Source: a virus
Length of the DNA stretch: 64,000 bases
Virus record (IMG/VR): IMGVR_UViG_3300011115_000879
Coordinates: 95,568 to 159,567 of that record
Reading direction: 5' to 3' (one strand)
The notes beneath the pieces were generated by a model that worked only from the letters and a program-made list of their open reading frames with translations, was not told the origin of the DNA and searched no databases. Numbering within the stretch: position 1 is the stretch's first letter; each line of letters opens with the position of its first letter. This document shows, in pieces, positions 20,106 to 28,974 of this stretch. The translations under genes were made by a program, and so were the position numbers.

Positions 20106-20948
20106 ATGTTAGATGTATTTAATATACCGGGACAGCAAGATAACGTAAAGATATTTTATGTTCAAAGAAGTTCCAATTCATGGCAAACATGGCAAAAACC
20201 AAGAAACTGTAAGTTTATTTGGATGATGTGTATTGGTGGTGGAGCTGGAGGTAATGGAGGAGCTAGCAATGCGGTTGCTGGTGGATCTAATGGTGGAGGC
20301 TCAGGAGGAGTAGTAAGAGCACTATTCCCAGCAAATATACTACCAGATACCTTATATATACAACCTGGATTAGGAGGAGTAGGAGGTAGTGCTGGGTCAG
20401 GTACTGGTGGTGATGGAGCAAAAAGTTATGTAACAATAACCTCAAGTACAGCATCAATAATGAATATAGTTTGTACATCGGGGGCGGTAGCAGCTACCGG
20501 CCTTACTGGTGAAACAATAGCTACAACAGCAAATGCCGGATTATTAAGTTTAGGAAATTTTATAGCAATAGCTGGGCAATCATATGCTTTTGCACCTGTG
20601 ACTCCACTAACATTAACCTTTGTTAGTGCGGGATCAAATGGAGGTAATTCAACCTCCTCTCCTCCTAATGATGGAGGATCAATACTTGCTACAAACATAT
20701 CACCCGTAATACTCGGAGGTGCTTCAAATACTATGGTAGGAGGTAGCGGAATTGTATCTTGGAAACCATTTTATTGTCTTGGAGGAGCCGGAGGGTGGGG
20801 TAGTAACTCTGTTGACGCCGGGATTGGTACTAATGGAGGTAATGGGGCTTTTGGTTGCGGTGGGGGTGGTGGAGGTTCATCTACTTCTAGTACGGGTGGT
20901 GTTGGTGGAAATGGAGGTAATGGTTTAGTATTTATAGCAACTTTCTAA
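20106..20948 (+). CDS. Glycine-rich virion protein, paralog 3
   Basis: MLDVFNIP, WQTWQKPRNCKFIWMMCIGGGAGG; same architecture. Confidence 0.7.
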   Translation: MLDVFNIPGQQDNVKIFYVQRSSNSWQTWQKPRNCKFIWMMCIGGGAGGNGGASNAVAGGSNGGGSGGVVRALFPANILPDTLYIQPGLGGVGGSAGSGTGGDGAKSYVTITSSTASIMNIVCTSGAVAATGLTGETIATTANAGLLSLGNFIAIAGQSYAFAPVTPLTLTFVSAGSNGGNSTSSPPNDGGSILATNISPVILGGASNTMVGGSGIVSWKPFYCLGGAGGWGSNSVDAGIGTNGGNGAFGCGGGGGGSSTSSTGGVGGNGGNGLVFIATF

Positions 20949-20969
20949 TATTTATATAAAACAACAATA

Positions 20970-21362
20970 ATGAACATCAACGACGTAACTTACGATTGGA
21001 ACTTTAACCCATTTGAAGCATACCCACAATATGCAGAACAAACAGATGTTGTATTTACAATACATTGGCAATTATATGCATCAACTGGATCTTATAGCTC
21101 AAAAGCAATTGGTACAATAGGTGTACAATATAATGAAGGACAACCATTTACTCCTTTCAATGAATTAACTAAAGAAACAGTACAAGCTTGGGTAGAAGGA
21201 GCTATGAACAAACAAAGTGAAGGATCAGTAGATACTCTTAAAGCTAATCTTGCTCAACAAATCCAAGATCAGATAACTCCATCAATAGTTGTACTGACAG
21301 CACCTTGGAATGTCGCTCCAGTAGTAGAAGAAACACCAGTAGAAGAAGACTATAGTATATAA
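20970..21362 (+). CDS. Probable tail-fibre assembly/accessory protein
   Basis: DVVFTIHW, FTPFNELTKETVQAWVE, I..QITP....APW pattern; follows the fibre genes; own promoter motif. Confidence 0.5.
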   Translation: MNINDVTYDWNFNPFEAYPQYAEQTDVVFTIHWQLYASTGSYSSKAIGTIGVQYNEGQPFTPFNELTKETVQAWVEGAMNKQSEGSVDTLKANLAQQIQDQITPSIVVLTAPWNVAPVVEETPVEEDYSI

Positions 21363-21423
21363 AAAATTTGGTTGGCTTTATTTTCTTGTATATATTTATA
21401 TCAAACAAATAAAACAATCATTT

Positions 21424-21681
21424 ATGTTAATTATTATTTTAGTCGCTGTTCTAGTAATAGGCGCAATTGCTGGTAACATTTACACTATTAAAAAAGATCG
21501 TAAAGATAAGGTAGATCCAATTACACAACATGTAAAGGAACTAGCACCAGAATCAACACCAGCTCCATCTGCGGTTGAAGCTATTAAAACTAAAACAACA
21601 CCAAAGTCAAAAGCACCAAAAAACGCTCCAAAACAAAAGCCATTGGCTAAGATGGAAGCAAAACCAAAAGCTAAAAAATAA
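21424..21681 (+). CDS. Membrane-anchored protein with Lys/Ala/Pro-rich tail
   Basis: Hydrophobic N-terminus MLIIILVAVLVIGAIAG; basic low-complexity C-terminus. Confidence 0.6.
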   Translation: MLIIILVAVLVIGAIAGNIYTIKKDRKDKVDPITQHVKELAPESTPAPSAVEAIKTKTTPKSKAPKNAPKQKPLAKMEAKPKAKK

Positions 21682-21914
21682 TGCTTAAGATAGTAGAAAT
21701 AGCTAAGGCGTGGATCGCATCAGAAAATCCAACACCAGAGCAAAAAGCTATAGCAGAATATAGAGCCGCTACATGCGACGAATGCCCTCATAAATCATAC
21801 TCAAAAGCATTTGATGTTTATACTTGTGGTTTATGTGGATGTCCATTAGCACGTAAAATATTTAGCCCTAAACCAGGACAAGAAGCATGTCCAGATCATA
21901 GATGGAAACAATAA
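21681..21914 (+). CDS. Small Cys-rich (zinc-binding) protein
   Basis: R...C..CP, C..CGCPL..K, CP..RW. Confidence 0.6.
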   Translation: MLKIVEIAKAWIASENPTPEQKAIAEYRAATCDECPHKSYSKAFDVYTCGLCGCPLARKIFSPKPGQEACPDHRWKQ

Positions 21915-21933
21915 AAACAATAAAATAAAGACT

Positions 21934-22209
21934 ATGTCAGAATCAGTAAAAAAACTTACAGAAGAAGAATTACAAAGCATTAAAGAACTACAAACACAAT
22001 ACAATAAATTTGTATTTGAATTAGGTAGTATCGAAGCACAATTGCAGGGTTTACTAGCTCAAAAAACACTAATCGAAGAAGAGAAAGCAAACATCATTCT
22101 TGATCTTAAAAAATTAGGTGATAGAGAGAAAGAAGTAGTAACAACACTACAAGAAAAATATGGTGTAGGAAATATTAATCCTGAAACAGGCGAAATAACA
22201 GCATTCTAA
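21934..22209 (+). CDS. Coiled-coil protein (possible assembly chaperone)
   Basis: 91-aa heptad-rich ORF ending LQEKYGVGNINPETGEI. Confidence 0.55.
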   Translation: MSESVKKLTEEELQSIKELQTQYNKFVFELGSIEAQLQGLLAQKTLIEEEKANIILDLKKLGDREKEVVTTLQEKYGVGNINPETGEITAF

Positions 22210-22251
22210 ACAAACAAACAGATAACTTCTGCGTTTTGTATATCTTTGTAA

Positions 22252-22259
22252 ATATTTAT
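22252..22259 (+). promoter_or_regulatory. Putative late promoter motif before the sheath gene
   Basis: ATATTTAT in intergenic DNA. Confidence 0.65.
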
Positions 22260-22305
22260 TGCTAGGTCAATCCTAAATAATAAATCTAAAAAACAATTAT
22301 ACAAA

Positions 22306-24399
22306 ATGGCAGAAATTATCATGTCCCCTGGTGTATTCCAGATTGAATCGGACCAAAGCCTGTATACAACAGCACCAGCTGCTCTTGGAGCGGCTATTGT
22401 TGGTCCTACAGTAAAAGGTCGTCCATATGTCCCAACATATGTTAATACGTACAGTCAGTACTTATCACTATTCGGTGATATTTTTAAGAGTGGTAGCTAC
22501 TACTACGAATATTTCACATCACAGGCTGCAAAAGAATATTTTGCAAATGGTGGTCAATCATTATTAGTAACTAGAATTATTAGTGGTTCAGCTAATGTTA
22601 GTACTTATGCTCAATCTATTGTAGCACAAACTGGTACCAACGCAACAGGTAGTATAAATATTGCTACTGGTATTACAGACGGGACATCATTTTCAATAAG
22701 TGGTTCTGCTGATGGAACTAGTGTAAGTTCCTATTTATTATTAGTAACATCAAGTACAGCTATATTCTCATCACCAACATATTCTATTTCTTCTGGGTCT
22801 ACATTAGCTACTACTGTTACAAATATAGTATCTACAATTAATTCATTATATTCTACATTCCATATTAATGCTGCCGTATCCGCTTCAACAGGTATAGCAC
22901 TTACAGCTAGTTTAAGTCAATTTGGATGGGAAGATCAAGGAAATTCATTTAAATTTGTATCTGGTAGTACCACAATTAATTTAGCAGGTGGGCTTACAGG
23001 TAGTCCATCATTTACACTTGAAGCATTAGCTTGGGGTGATCAAATGAATAACGCTTCTACATCATCTGTAAACGGTGCTTTGACAAGTGGTTCTCAATAT
23101 AATGTTCGTTGGGAAGTAGTAAATTCAAATACCGGCTCAAATGGTGGTACATTTACAATTATAGTACGTCGTGGTGATGATAATGATTCTCAAAAGAATA
23201 TATTAGAAACATGGGCTAACGTAAGTTTAGATCCACAACTACCTAACTATATATCTCGCGTTATTGGTGATTTAAAACCAGTATATGTAGCAGCAACAGC
23301 AACAGATTCAGCTTATATTAATTATACAGGAACTTATCCAAATGCATCACAATATGTTCGTGTAGCATCTGTAGGTACTCCAAACGTAGATTCAATTGAT
23401 AATAACGGTAATTTCAAAACTGGTTCTTACGCTAGCACAATACCATTCCCGGGTGATGGTAGAAACAATGGTGGATTTGATAGTGGTAAAGTAGATACAT
23501 TATCTCAAAAATTAATGAATGAGAATACTACAATAACAAACATTCAAGGATTTGCACCAGCTGATTACAATACAGCATTTACCTTATTATCGAATAGAGA
23601 CGAATATCAATTTAATGTATTAATGGCACCAGGAGTTGGATTAGATTGTTCTGCAGCTACAAATATGATTGCTTGTGTTGAAGGTAGAGGTGATGCAATT
23701 GCACTCACAAGTGCTGGTAAATATGGTACATCAATTACAGCAGCTACCACAGCAGCAGCTGGTCAATCAAGTAACTACGCCGCAACTTATTATCCATGGA
23801 TCCAATTATATTCAGCTGGATTAGGTAAAGTTGTATGGTGTCCTCCAACTACAGTAATGGGTGGTGTATTAGCCTTCAACGACCAAGTAGGAGCTGAATG
23901 GTTTGCACCAGCTGGTCTTAACAGAGGTGGTGTTCCATCAGTAGTAAGAGCAGAACGCAGATTACAACAAACAGATAGAGATACATTATATAGCGGAAAC
24001 GTAAACCCATTAGCAACATTCCCAGGAACTGGAGTTTGTGTTTGGGGTCAGAAAACACTACAACGTAAACCAACATCATTAGATCGCGTAAATGTTCGTC
24101 GTTTATTGATTGCCTTAAAAGGATATATTGGTGGTGTTTCACGTAATTTGGTATTTGAACAAAATACAACAGTAACAAGAAATTCATTCTTAGCTAGAGT
24201 TAATCCATACTTAGAATCAGTAGTACAACGTCAAGGTTTGTATGCTTATAAAGTAGTAATGGATGAAACAAACAACACAGCTGATGTTGTAGATCGTAAC
24301 CAATTAGTAGGTCAGATCTATATTCAACCAACTAAAACTGCCGAATTTATTATCTTGAACTTTAACATCCTTCCAACTGGCGCTACATTCCCTGCATAG
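22306..24399 (+). CDS. Tail sheath protein (gp18-like)
   Basis: SPGVF..E.D, AAIVGPT.KG, WFAPAGLNRG, WGQKTL....SLDRVNVRRLL, IQPTKTAEFI.LNF. Confidence 0.95.
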   Translation: MAEIIMSPGVFQIESDQSLYTTAPAALGAAIVGPTVKGRPYVPTYVNTYSQYLSLFGDIFKSGSYYYEYFTSQAAKEYFANGGQSLLVTRIISGSANVSTYAQSIVAQTGTNATGSINIATGITDGTSFSISGSADGTSVSSYLLLVTSSTAIFSSPTYSISSGSTLATTVTNIVSTINSLYSTFHINAAVSASTGIALTASLSQFGWEDQGNSFKFVSGSTTINLAGGLTGSPSFTLEALAWGDQMNNASTSSVNGALTSGSQYNVRWEVVNSNTGSNGGTFTIIVRRGDDNDSQKNILETWANVSLDPQLPNYISRVIGDLKPVYVAATATDSAYINYTGTYPNASQYVRVASVGTPNVDSIDNNGNFKTGSYASTIPFPGDGRNNGGFDSGKVDTLSQKLMNENTTITNIQGFAPADYNTAFTLLSNRDEYQFNVLMAPGVGLDCSAATNMIACVEGRGDAIALTSAGKYGTSITAATTAAAGQSSNYAATYYPWIQLYSAGLGKVVWCPPTTVMGGVLAFNDQVGAEWFAPAGLNRGGVPSVVRAERRLQQTDRDTLYSGNVNPLATFPGTGVCVWGQKTLQRKPTSLDRVNVRRLLIALKGYIGGVSRNLVFEQNTTVTRNSFLARVNPYLESVVQRQGLYAYKVVMDETNNTADVVDRNQLVGQIYIQPTKTAEFIILNFNILPTGATFPA

Positions 24400-24448
24400 G
24401 GGATGTAGTTGCTTAATATTTATTAACAGCAATAAAATATAACATAAA

Positions 24449-24934
24449 ATGGCAGTAATTAATCCTAATGAAATAATGTTTACAGCTTTTGAACCACAAG
24501 TTCAAAATAGGTTCATTATGTATATAGATGGTATCCCAGCTTACCTAATCAAGAAAGCCAGTGCCCCTGGATTTGATGCTGGTGAAGTAATATTAGATCA
24601 CATTAACGTTTACCGTAAAGTAAAGGGTAAAGTTAAATGGAATGATATGACTTTAGAATTATATAACCCTGTAACCCCAAGTGGTGCACAATCCGTAATG
24701 GAATGGGCTCGTTTGGCTCACGAATCTGTAACAGGACGTGATGGTTACTCTGATTTTTACAAGAAAGACGTTACATTGAACGTTTTAGGACCAGTAGGTG
24801 ATATCGTTGGAGAATGGATCGTTAAAGGCGCTTACGTTAAGTCAGCTACTTTTGGTGATTTTGATTGGAGTTCAGAAGCTGCTGCTACAATTAGTGTAAC
24901 ATTAGCTATGGACTATTGTGTATTAAACTTCTAA
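24449..24934 (+). CDS. Tail tube protein (gp19-like)
   Basis: FEP...NRF.M.IDGIP, GK..W..MT..LY.P, W...GA.......DW, I..TLAMDY; follows the sheath gene. Confidence 0.9.
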   Translation: MAVINPNEIMFTAFEPQVQNRFIMYIDGIPAYLIKKASAPGFDAGEVILDHINVYRKVKGKVKWNDMTLELYNPVTPSGAQSVMEWARLAHESVTGRDGYSDFYKKDVTLNVLGPVGDIVGEWIVKGAYVKSATFGDFDWSSEAAATISVTLAMDYCVLNF

Positions 24935-24952
24935 GGAAAAACCATCAACATA

Positions 24953-24991
24953 AAAGAAGAGCATTTGCCTATTTGGTAAGTGCTCTCTTTC
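24953..24991 (+). terminator. Intrinsic terminator
   Basis: AGAGCATTTGCC-tattt-GGTAAGTGCTCT followed by CTTT. Confidence 0.7.
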
Positions 24992-25028
24992 TGCATATAT
25001 TTATATACGAACAAAATAAAAACGTTAC

Positions 25029-25787
25029 ATGGCAGAATTAAAATTACCAACAGAAATCGTTACATTACCATCAAAAGGTTTATTGTATCCTAAAGAATCC
25101 CCACTTTCCAAAGGCGAAATTGAAATGAAGTACATGACAGCAAAAGAAGAAGATATTCTTACTAACGCTAACTTCATCCGCCAAGGCACAGTAATAGATA
25201 AACTATTACAAGCGTTAATCGTTACTAAAATCAACTATGATGAATTATTAATAGGCGATAAAAACGCAATATTAATAGCAGCTCGCGTACTTGGATATGG
25301 TGCTGATTATTCGTTTAAATATACCGATGAACGCGGACAAGAGGTAGAAGCAAGTGTTGATCTATCATCATTAGAAGAAAAAAAAATAGACGAATCACTA
25401 TTTAAAGCAGGTATAAATGAATTTACATTCAACTTACCTAAATCAGGAAATGTAGTTACATTTCGATTACTAACTCATGGTGAGGAAAAAAAGATTGAGC
25501 AAGAAATTAAAGGATTGAAAAAAGTAAATCCAAATAGCTCATCAGATATTACAACACGTATGAAATATGTAATTACTTCTATTAATGGTGATCGTGAAAT
25601 TAAATCTATACGTGAATTTGTAGATAATTTTTTACTAGCACCTGATGCCAGAGCATTACGTGAATATTATGCAGAGGTACAACCTGATATTAATCTTAAA
25701 TTTATGCCTGAGGATGAAAATTATACAGGGGGGGGTATAGCGATTCCAATTTCGCTTAACTTTTTTTGGCCTGACGCCAGCCTATAG
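25029..25787 (+). CDS. Tail/baseplate-hub assembly chaperone (gp26-like)
   Basis: LPSKG..YP, KYMTAKEEDIL, LL.GD.NAILIAAR..GYG, C-terminal FFWP; lies between tube and tape measure genes. Confidence 0.75.
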   Translation: MAELKLPTEIVTLPSKGLLYPKESPLSKGEIEMKYMTAKEEDILTNANFIRQGTVIDKLLQALIVTKINYDELLIGDKNAILIAARVLGYGADYSFKYTDERGQEVEASVDLSSLEEKKIDESLFKAGINEFTFNLPKSGNVVTFRLLTHGEEKKIEQEIKGLKKVNPNSSSDITTRMKYVITSINGDREIKSIREFVDNFLLAPDARALREYYAEVQPDINLKFMPEDENYTGGGIAIPISLNFFWPDASL

Positions 25788-26037
25788 ACCACATTTATTT
25801 AAACAAATTCATGAAATAGTATTTCATGGTGGTGGAGGATATGATTGGGATACTGTTTATAATATGCCTTTATGGTTAAGAAGAACTACATTTAATTTAT
25901 TAAATGAACATTTTACTAAGCAAAATGAAGAAGCTGAAAAGCAACAAAATATGCTTAAAAACAAATCTAGTAAAGAAATATCACGTCCAAACATAGCACC
26001 ATCTCCAACATATACATCAAAGGCCCCACGAAAGTGA
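25762..26037 (+). CDS. Frameshift-accessed extension of the chaperone (gp51-like / G-T type)
   Basis: +1 frame after T7 (25761-25767) reads FFGLTPAYRPHLFKQIHEIVFHGGGGYDWDTVYNMPLWLRR...KAPRK-stop. The frame is closed upstream by TAG 25738-25740 and has no ATG before the conserved-looking segment. Confidence 0.65.
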   Translation, partial: FFGLTPAYRPHLFKQIHEIVFHGGGGYDWDTVYNMPLWLRRTTFNLLNEHFTKQNEEAEKQQNMLKNKSSKEISRPNIAPSPTYTSKAPRK

Positions 26038-26044
26038 GGCCTTT
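26020..26044 (+). terminator. Terminator-like hairpin
   Basis: AAGGCCCCAC-GAAA-GTGAGGCCTTT. Confidence 0.6.
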
Positions 26045-26071
26045 AATATTTATACTATATACTAATATAAT

Positions 26072-28591
26072 ATGGCTACACCATCAACACCCACACCACA
26101 AGAACTTCAAAAACTAGTTGATCTATTTAAAAGCGTAGAAGGCTATACAGATAGAACAGCTAAGGATATGGCTGATATAGTAGTTAGTGCAGGGAATTGG
26201 CAGAAAAAAACAGCAGCTCTTGAAAGAGATTTTTATTCAATGGGAGATTCATTTTCTAGTATGGCTAGATCATTGAAAGATTCTATTCAAGAATTTCAAA
26301 AAATGGATACACATGCTGCTTCTACTAAAAAATCATTTGGAGCTTTACAAAGTATATCTTCTAAATTAGCTAGTGACCAATCTGGATTTTCACGATTGTC
26401 TGAAAAAGAACTTAAAACTTTAAAACAAAAAGTTGCATTAGAATCTACAAGTATAGCAAATAATATAAAATCATTAAGCGGTGGTCAAAAACAAGAAGCA
26501 ATAGAAGTACTTAGTCAAACAAAAAAATTAACAGAATTAGTAGAAGAAAGACTAGATAGAGAAAAAGAAGTAACAAAAGCTGTAGGTCTTACCGGAAACG
26601 CTCTTACATTACTAAATAAACTACCAGGTATTGCTGGTGCTCTCAAAACAGAAGAAGCACTAGAGGAAATGAAGGATCTTGCCGATAAAATGAAAGATGA
26701 AGGCAAAAATATAAATAGTTTTGGAAATAAATTAAAAATAGCAGGAGTTGGTTTTAAAAAAGCATTTTCAGGATTAAAAGAATCTTTAACGGATCCTGTA
26801 GCTATTTTAACATTTATAGTTACACAAGCATTAAAAGCAAATACCCAGGTAGTTGAGATGGGTAAATCTTTAGGCAAAGATTCATCAACATATAGAGAAA
26901 ATATAGCGAGTATTGCTAGAAATTCTACTAATATTAATATGACTACCGCTAATTTAGTTGAGTCATATAGTGAATTGGTAAAAGCAACAGGATTAGCATA
27001 TGAGTATAATGAAGATCAACTTACAACTCAGACTAAATTAACTAAACAAGTAGGATTAACAGCTGAAGAAGCAAGTAATATAGCACGTTTAGGAATATTA
27101 AATAATAAAACATCCGAATCAACATATAATAGTTTTGTTAAGGGGTTAGTAGCATCTAGAAATCAACTTAAAGTTGGTATTGATTTTAAAGCAACTTTAG
27201 CTGAAGCAGCAAATGTATCAGGTCAATTAGCTGCTAATTTAGGATACAACCCAGAACGTATAGCTAAAGCAGTGGTAACTGCTAAAGCATTCGGTATGAC
27301 TTTAGAACAAGTAGCTAAAGCCGGAGATTCATTATTAAATTTTGAATCATCACTTGAAAATGAATTAAAAGCTGAATTATTAACAGGTAAACAATTAAAT
27401 CTTGAACGAGCTAGAGCAGCAGCTCTATCTGGTGACCAAGTAACACTAGCTGAAGAATTAGCAAAAAATGTAGGTACATCTGCTGAATTCTCTAAAATGA
27501 ATGTATTACAACAACGTTCATTAGCTGAGGCTGTTGGTATGACAGCAGATGAATTGGGGAATACATTAAAGAAAAGAGAAGAAGCATTAAAGAGTGGCAA
27601 ATCATTAGCTCAGGTAAATGAAGAAGAAGCTAAAAAAGCACTTGAACGCCAAAGTATACAAGATAAATTTAATGCATCTATACTTAAATTACAAGATTTC
27701 TTTGGTAATCTAATGGCAGGACCTGTTGGCCAATTGTTGGATGTTATAACTACAATAGTTGGATTAATATCAGATGTACTACAACCCATACTTAATGTTG
27801 TATTTACTCCTATTAGATGGGCTGCTCAACTATTAGAAAAAATGGGAGGGAGTCTAAAATATCTTGTGGGGTTAGCTATTATATATAAAGGAGTTCAATT
27901 AGGAATTAATATAGCTAAACAAACCCAATTTGGTCTTGATGTCGCTAGCATGATGAAAGAAGAGGGTAGTTTAGGTTTTAAAACAGCATCGGCATTAGTA
28001 GAAAAAGAATCATTAGCTACAAAAATAGCAACATATGCCGTAACAGGAGGTATGTTAGTTTATGAAAAAGCTAAACAAGCTGTATTATTTGTACAAGAAG
28101 GTATTGAAGGTGCAATATTAGCAATTAAAGAAAGTTCATTATTATTAACTATTAGAGAAGCATGGAAAAGCATAGCAGGAGCTGCAGCATCAGCATACGA
28201 ATCTGCTGCTAAAATCCCATATGTTGGTTGGCTTTTAGGAGGAGTAGCAGCCGCCGGTGCAATAGCATTAGGAGCTTCATTAATGAGTAAAGGAGATGAC
28301 GTTATGTCATCACCAGGATACGGTAATAGAGTTTTATCAACTGGTGAAGGATCAATAGCATTAAATAATAAAGATACAGTTGTAGCTGGTACAGATTTAT
28401 TTGGAGGAGGCGGAAATAAAGCAGGTGGTGAATCAATACAAGGTCCATCAATAGACCTAACACCAATGATAATAGCAATAAATGCTGTTAAAGCATCAGT
28501 AGACCGTTTATATCATAAAGATCAATCAGTTCACATGGATGGTAAAAAAGTAGGTACTACCTTATCACAAGGCTCACATAAGGTAGCATAA
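26072..28591 (+). CDS. Tape measure protein
   Basis: 839 aa, Ala/Leu/Lys-rich and helical, LLNFESSLENELKAELLTGK.LNLERARAAAL.GD, hydrophobic C-terminal segments; canonical position. Confidence 0.85.
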   Translation: MATPSTPTPQELQKLVDLFKSVEGYTDRTAKDMADIVVSAGNWQKKTAALERDFYSMGDSFSSMARSLKDSIQEFQKMDTHAASTKKSFGALQSISSKLASDQSGFSRLSEKELKTLKQKVALESTSIANNIKSLSGGQKQEAIEVLSQTKKLTELVEERLDREKEVTKAVGLTGNALTLLNKLPGIAGALKTEEALEEMKDLADKMKDEGKNINSFGNKLKIAGVGFKKAFSGLKESLTDPVAILTFIVTQALKANTQVVEMGKSLGKDSSTYRENIASIARNSTNINMTTANLVESYSELVKATGLAYEYNEDQLTTQTKLTKQVGLTAEEASNIARLGILNNKTSESTYNSFVKGLVASRNQLKVGIDFKATLAEAANVSGQLAANLGYNPERIAKAVVTAKAFGMTLEQVAKAGDSLLNFESSLENELKAELLTGKQLNLERARAAALSGDQVTLAEELAKNVGTSAEFSKMNVLQQRSLAEAVGMTADELGNTLKKREEALKSGKSLAQVNEEEAKKALERQSIQDKFNASILKLQDFFGNLMAGPVGQLLDVITTIVGLISDVLQPILNVVFTPIRWAAQLLEKMGGSLKYLVGLAIIYKGVQLGINIAKQTQFGLDVASMMKEEGSLGFKTASALVEKESLATKIATYAVTGGMLVYEKAKQAVLFVQEGIEGAILAIKESSLLLTIREAWKSIAGAAASAYESAAKIPYVGWLLGGVAAAGAIALGASLMSKGDDVMSSPGYGNRVLSTGEGSIALNNKDTVVAGTDLFGGGGNKAGGESIQGPSIDLTPMIIAINAVKASVDRLYHKDQSVHMDGKKVGTTLSQGSHKVA

Positions 28592-28622
28592 TATTTTAAT
28601 ATTTATATCAAATAACAATACA

Positions 28623-28964
28623 ATGGCAATAATAGATCAATTATCAGAAAGCAACTTAAGCTTAGCAGGCAACGGTTTCAACCCACAACCTCATTCACCA
28701 GCCTGGGGATATGTAGATAATACTGGTAATCTCGACCCAGCAGCAAGTAGTCTACAAGACACATACTCAGTAAATGGTATCCCTAATGTTAAATTAGTAG
28801 ATTTTAACAAAAATGGTGTATCTAATGTAAACGCTGAGAGTAGATTAGATGAATTAGATTCTCGCGCTCCAAAATTAACACCACGCGGAGTAGTATCACA
28901 AGCATATAAATCAAGAACAGGCAATAGATACAAAGACTTAGGACCAGCAGGAGGACGCTACTAA
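28623..28964 (+). CDS. Hypothetical virion protein
   Basis: 113-aa ORF with own promoter motif in the baseplate cluster. Confidence 0.55.
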   Translation: MAIIDQLSESNLSLAGNGFNPQPHSPAWGYVDNTGNLDPAASSLQDTYSVNGIPNVKLVDFNKNGVSNVNAESRLDELDSRAPKLTPRGVVSQAYKSRTGNRYKDLGPAGGRY

Positions 28965-28974
28965 TACTACATAA

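Noticed and set aside
24382-24409. Hairpin GCTACATTCCCT-gcat-AGGGGATGTAGT spanning the sheath stop codon as a read-through signal
   Set aside because: The stem covers the stop rather than lying 3' of it, and no extended in-frame ORF follows; more likely a terminator or stability stem.
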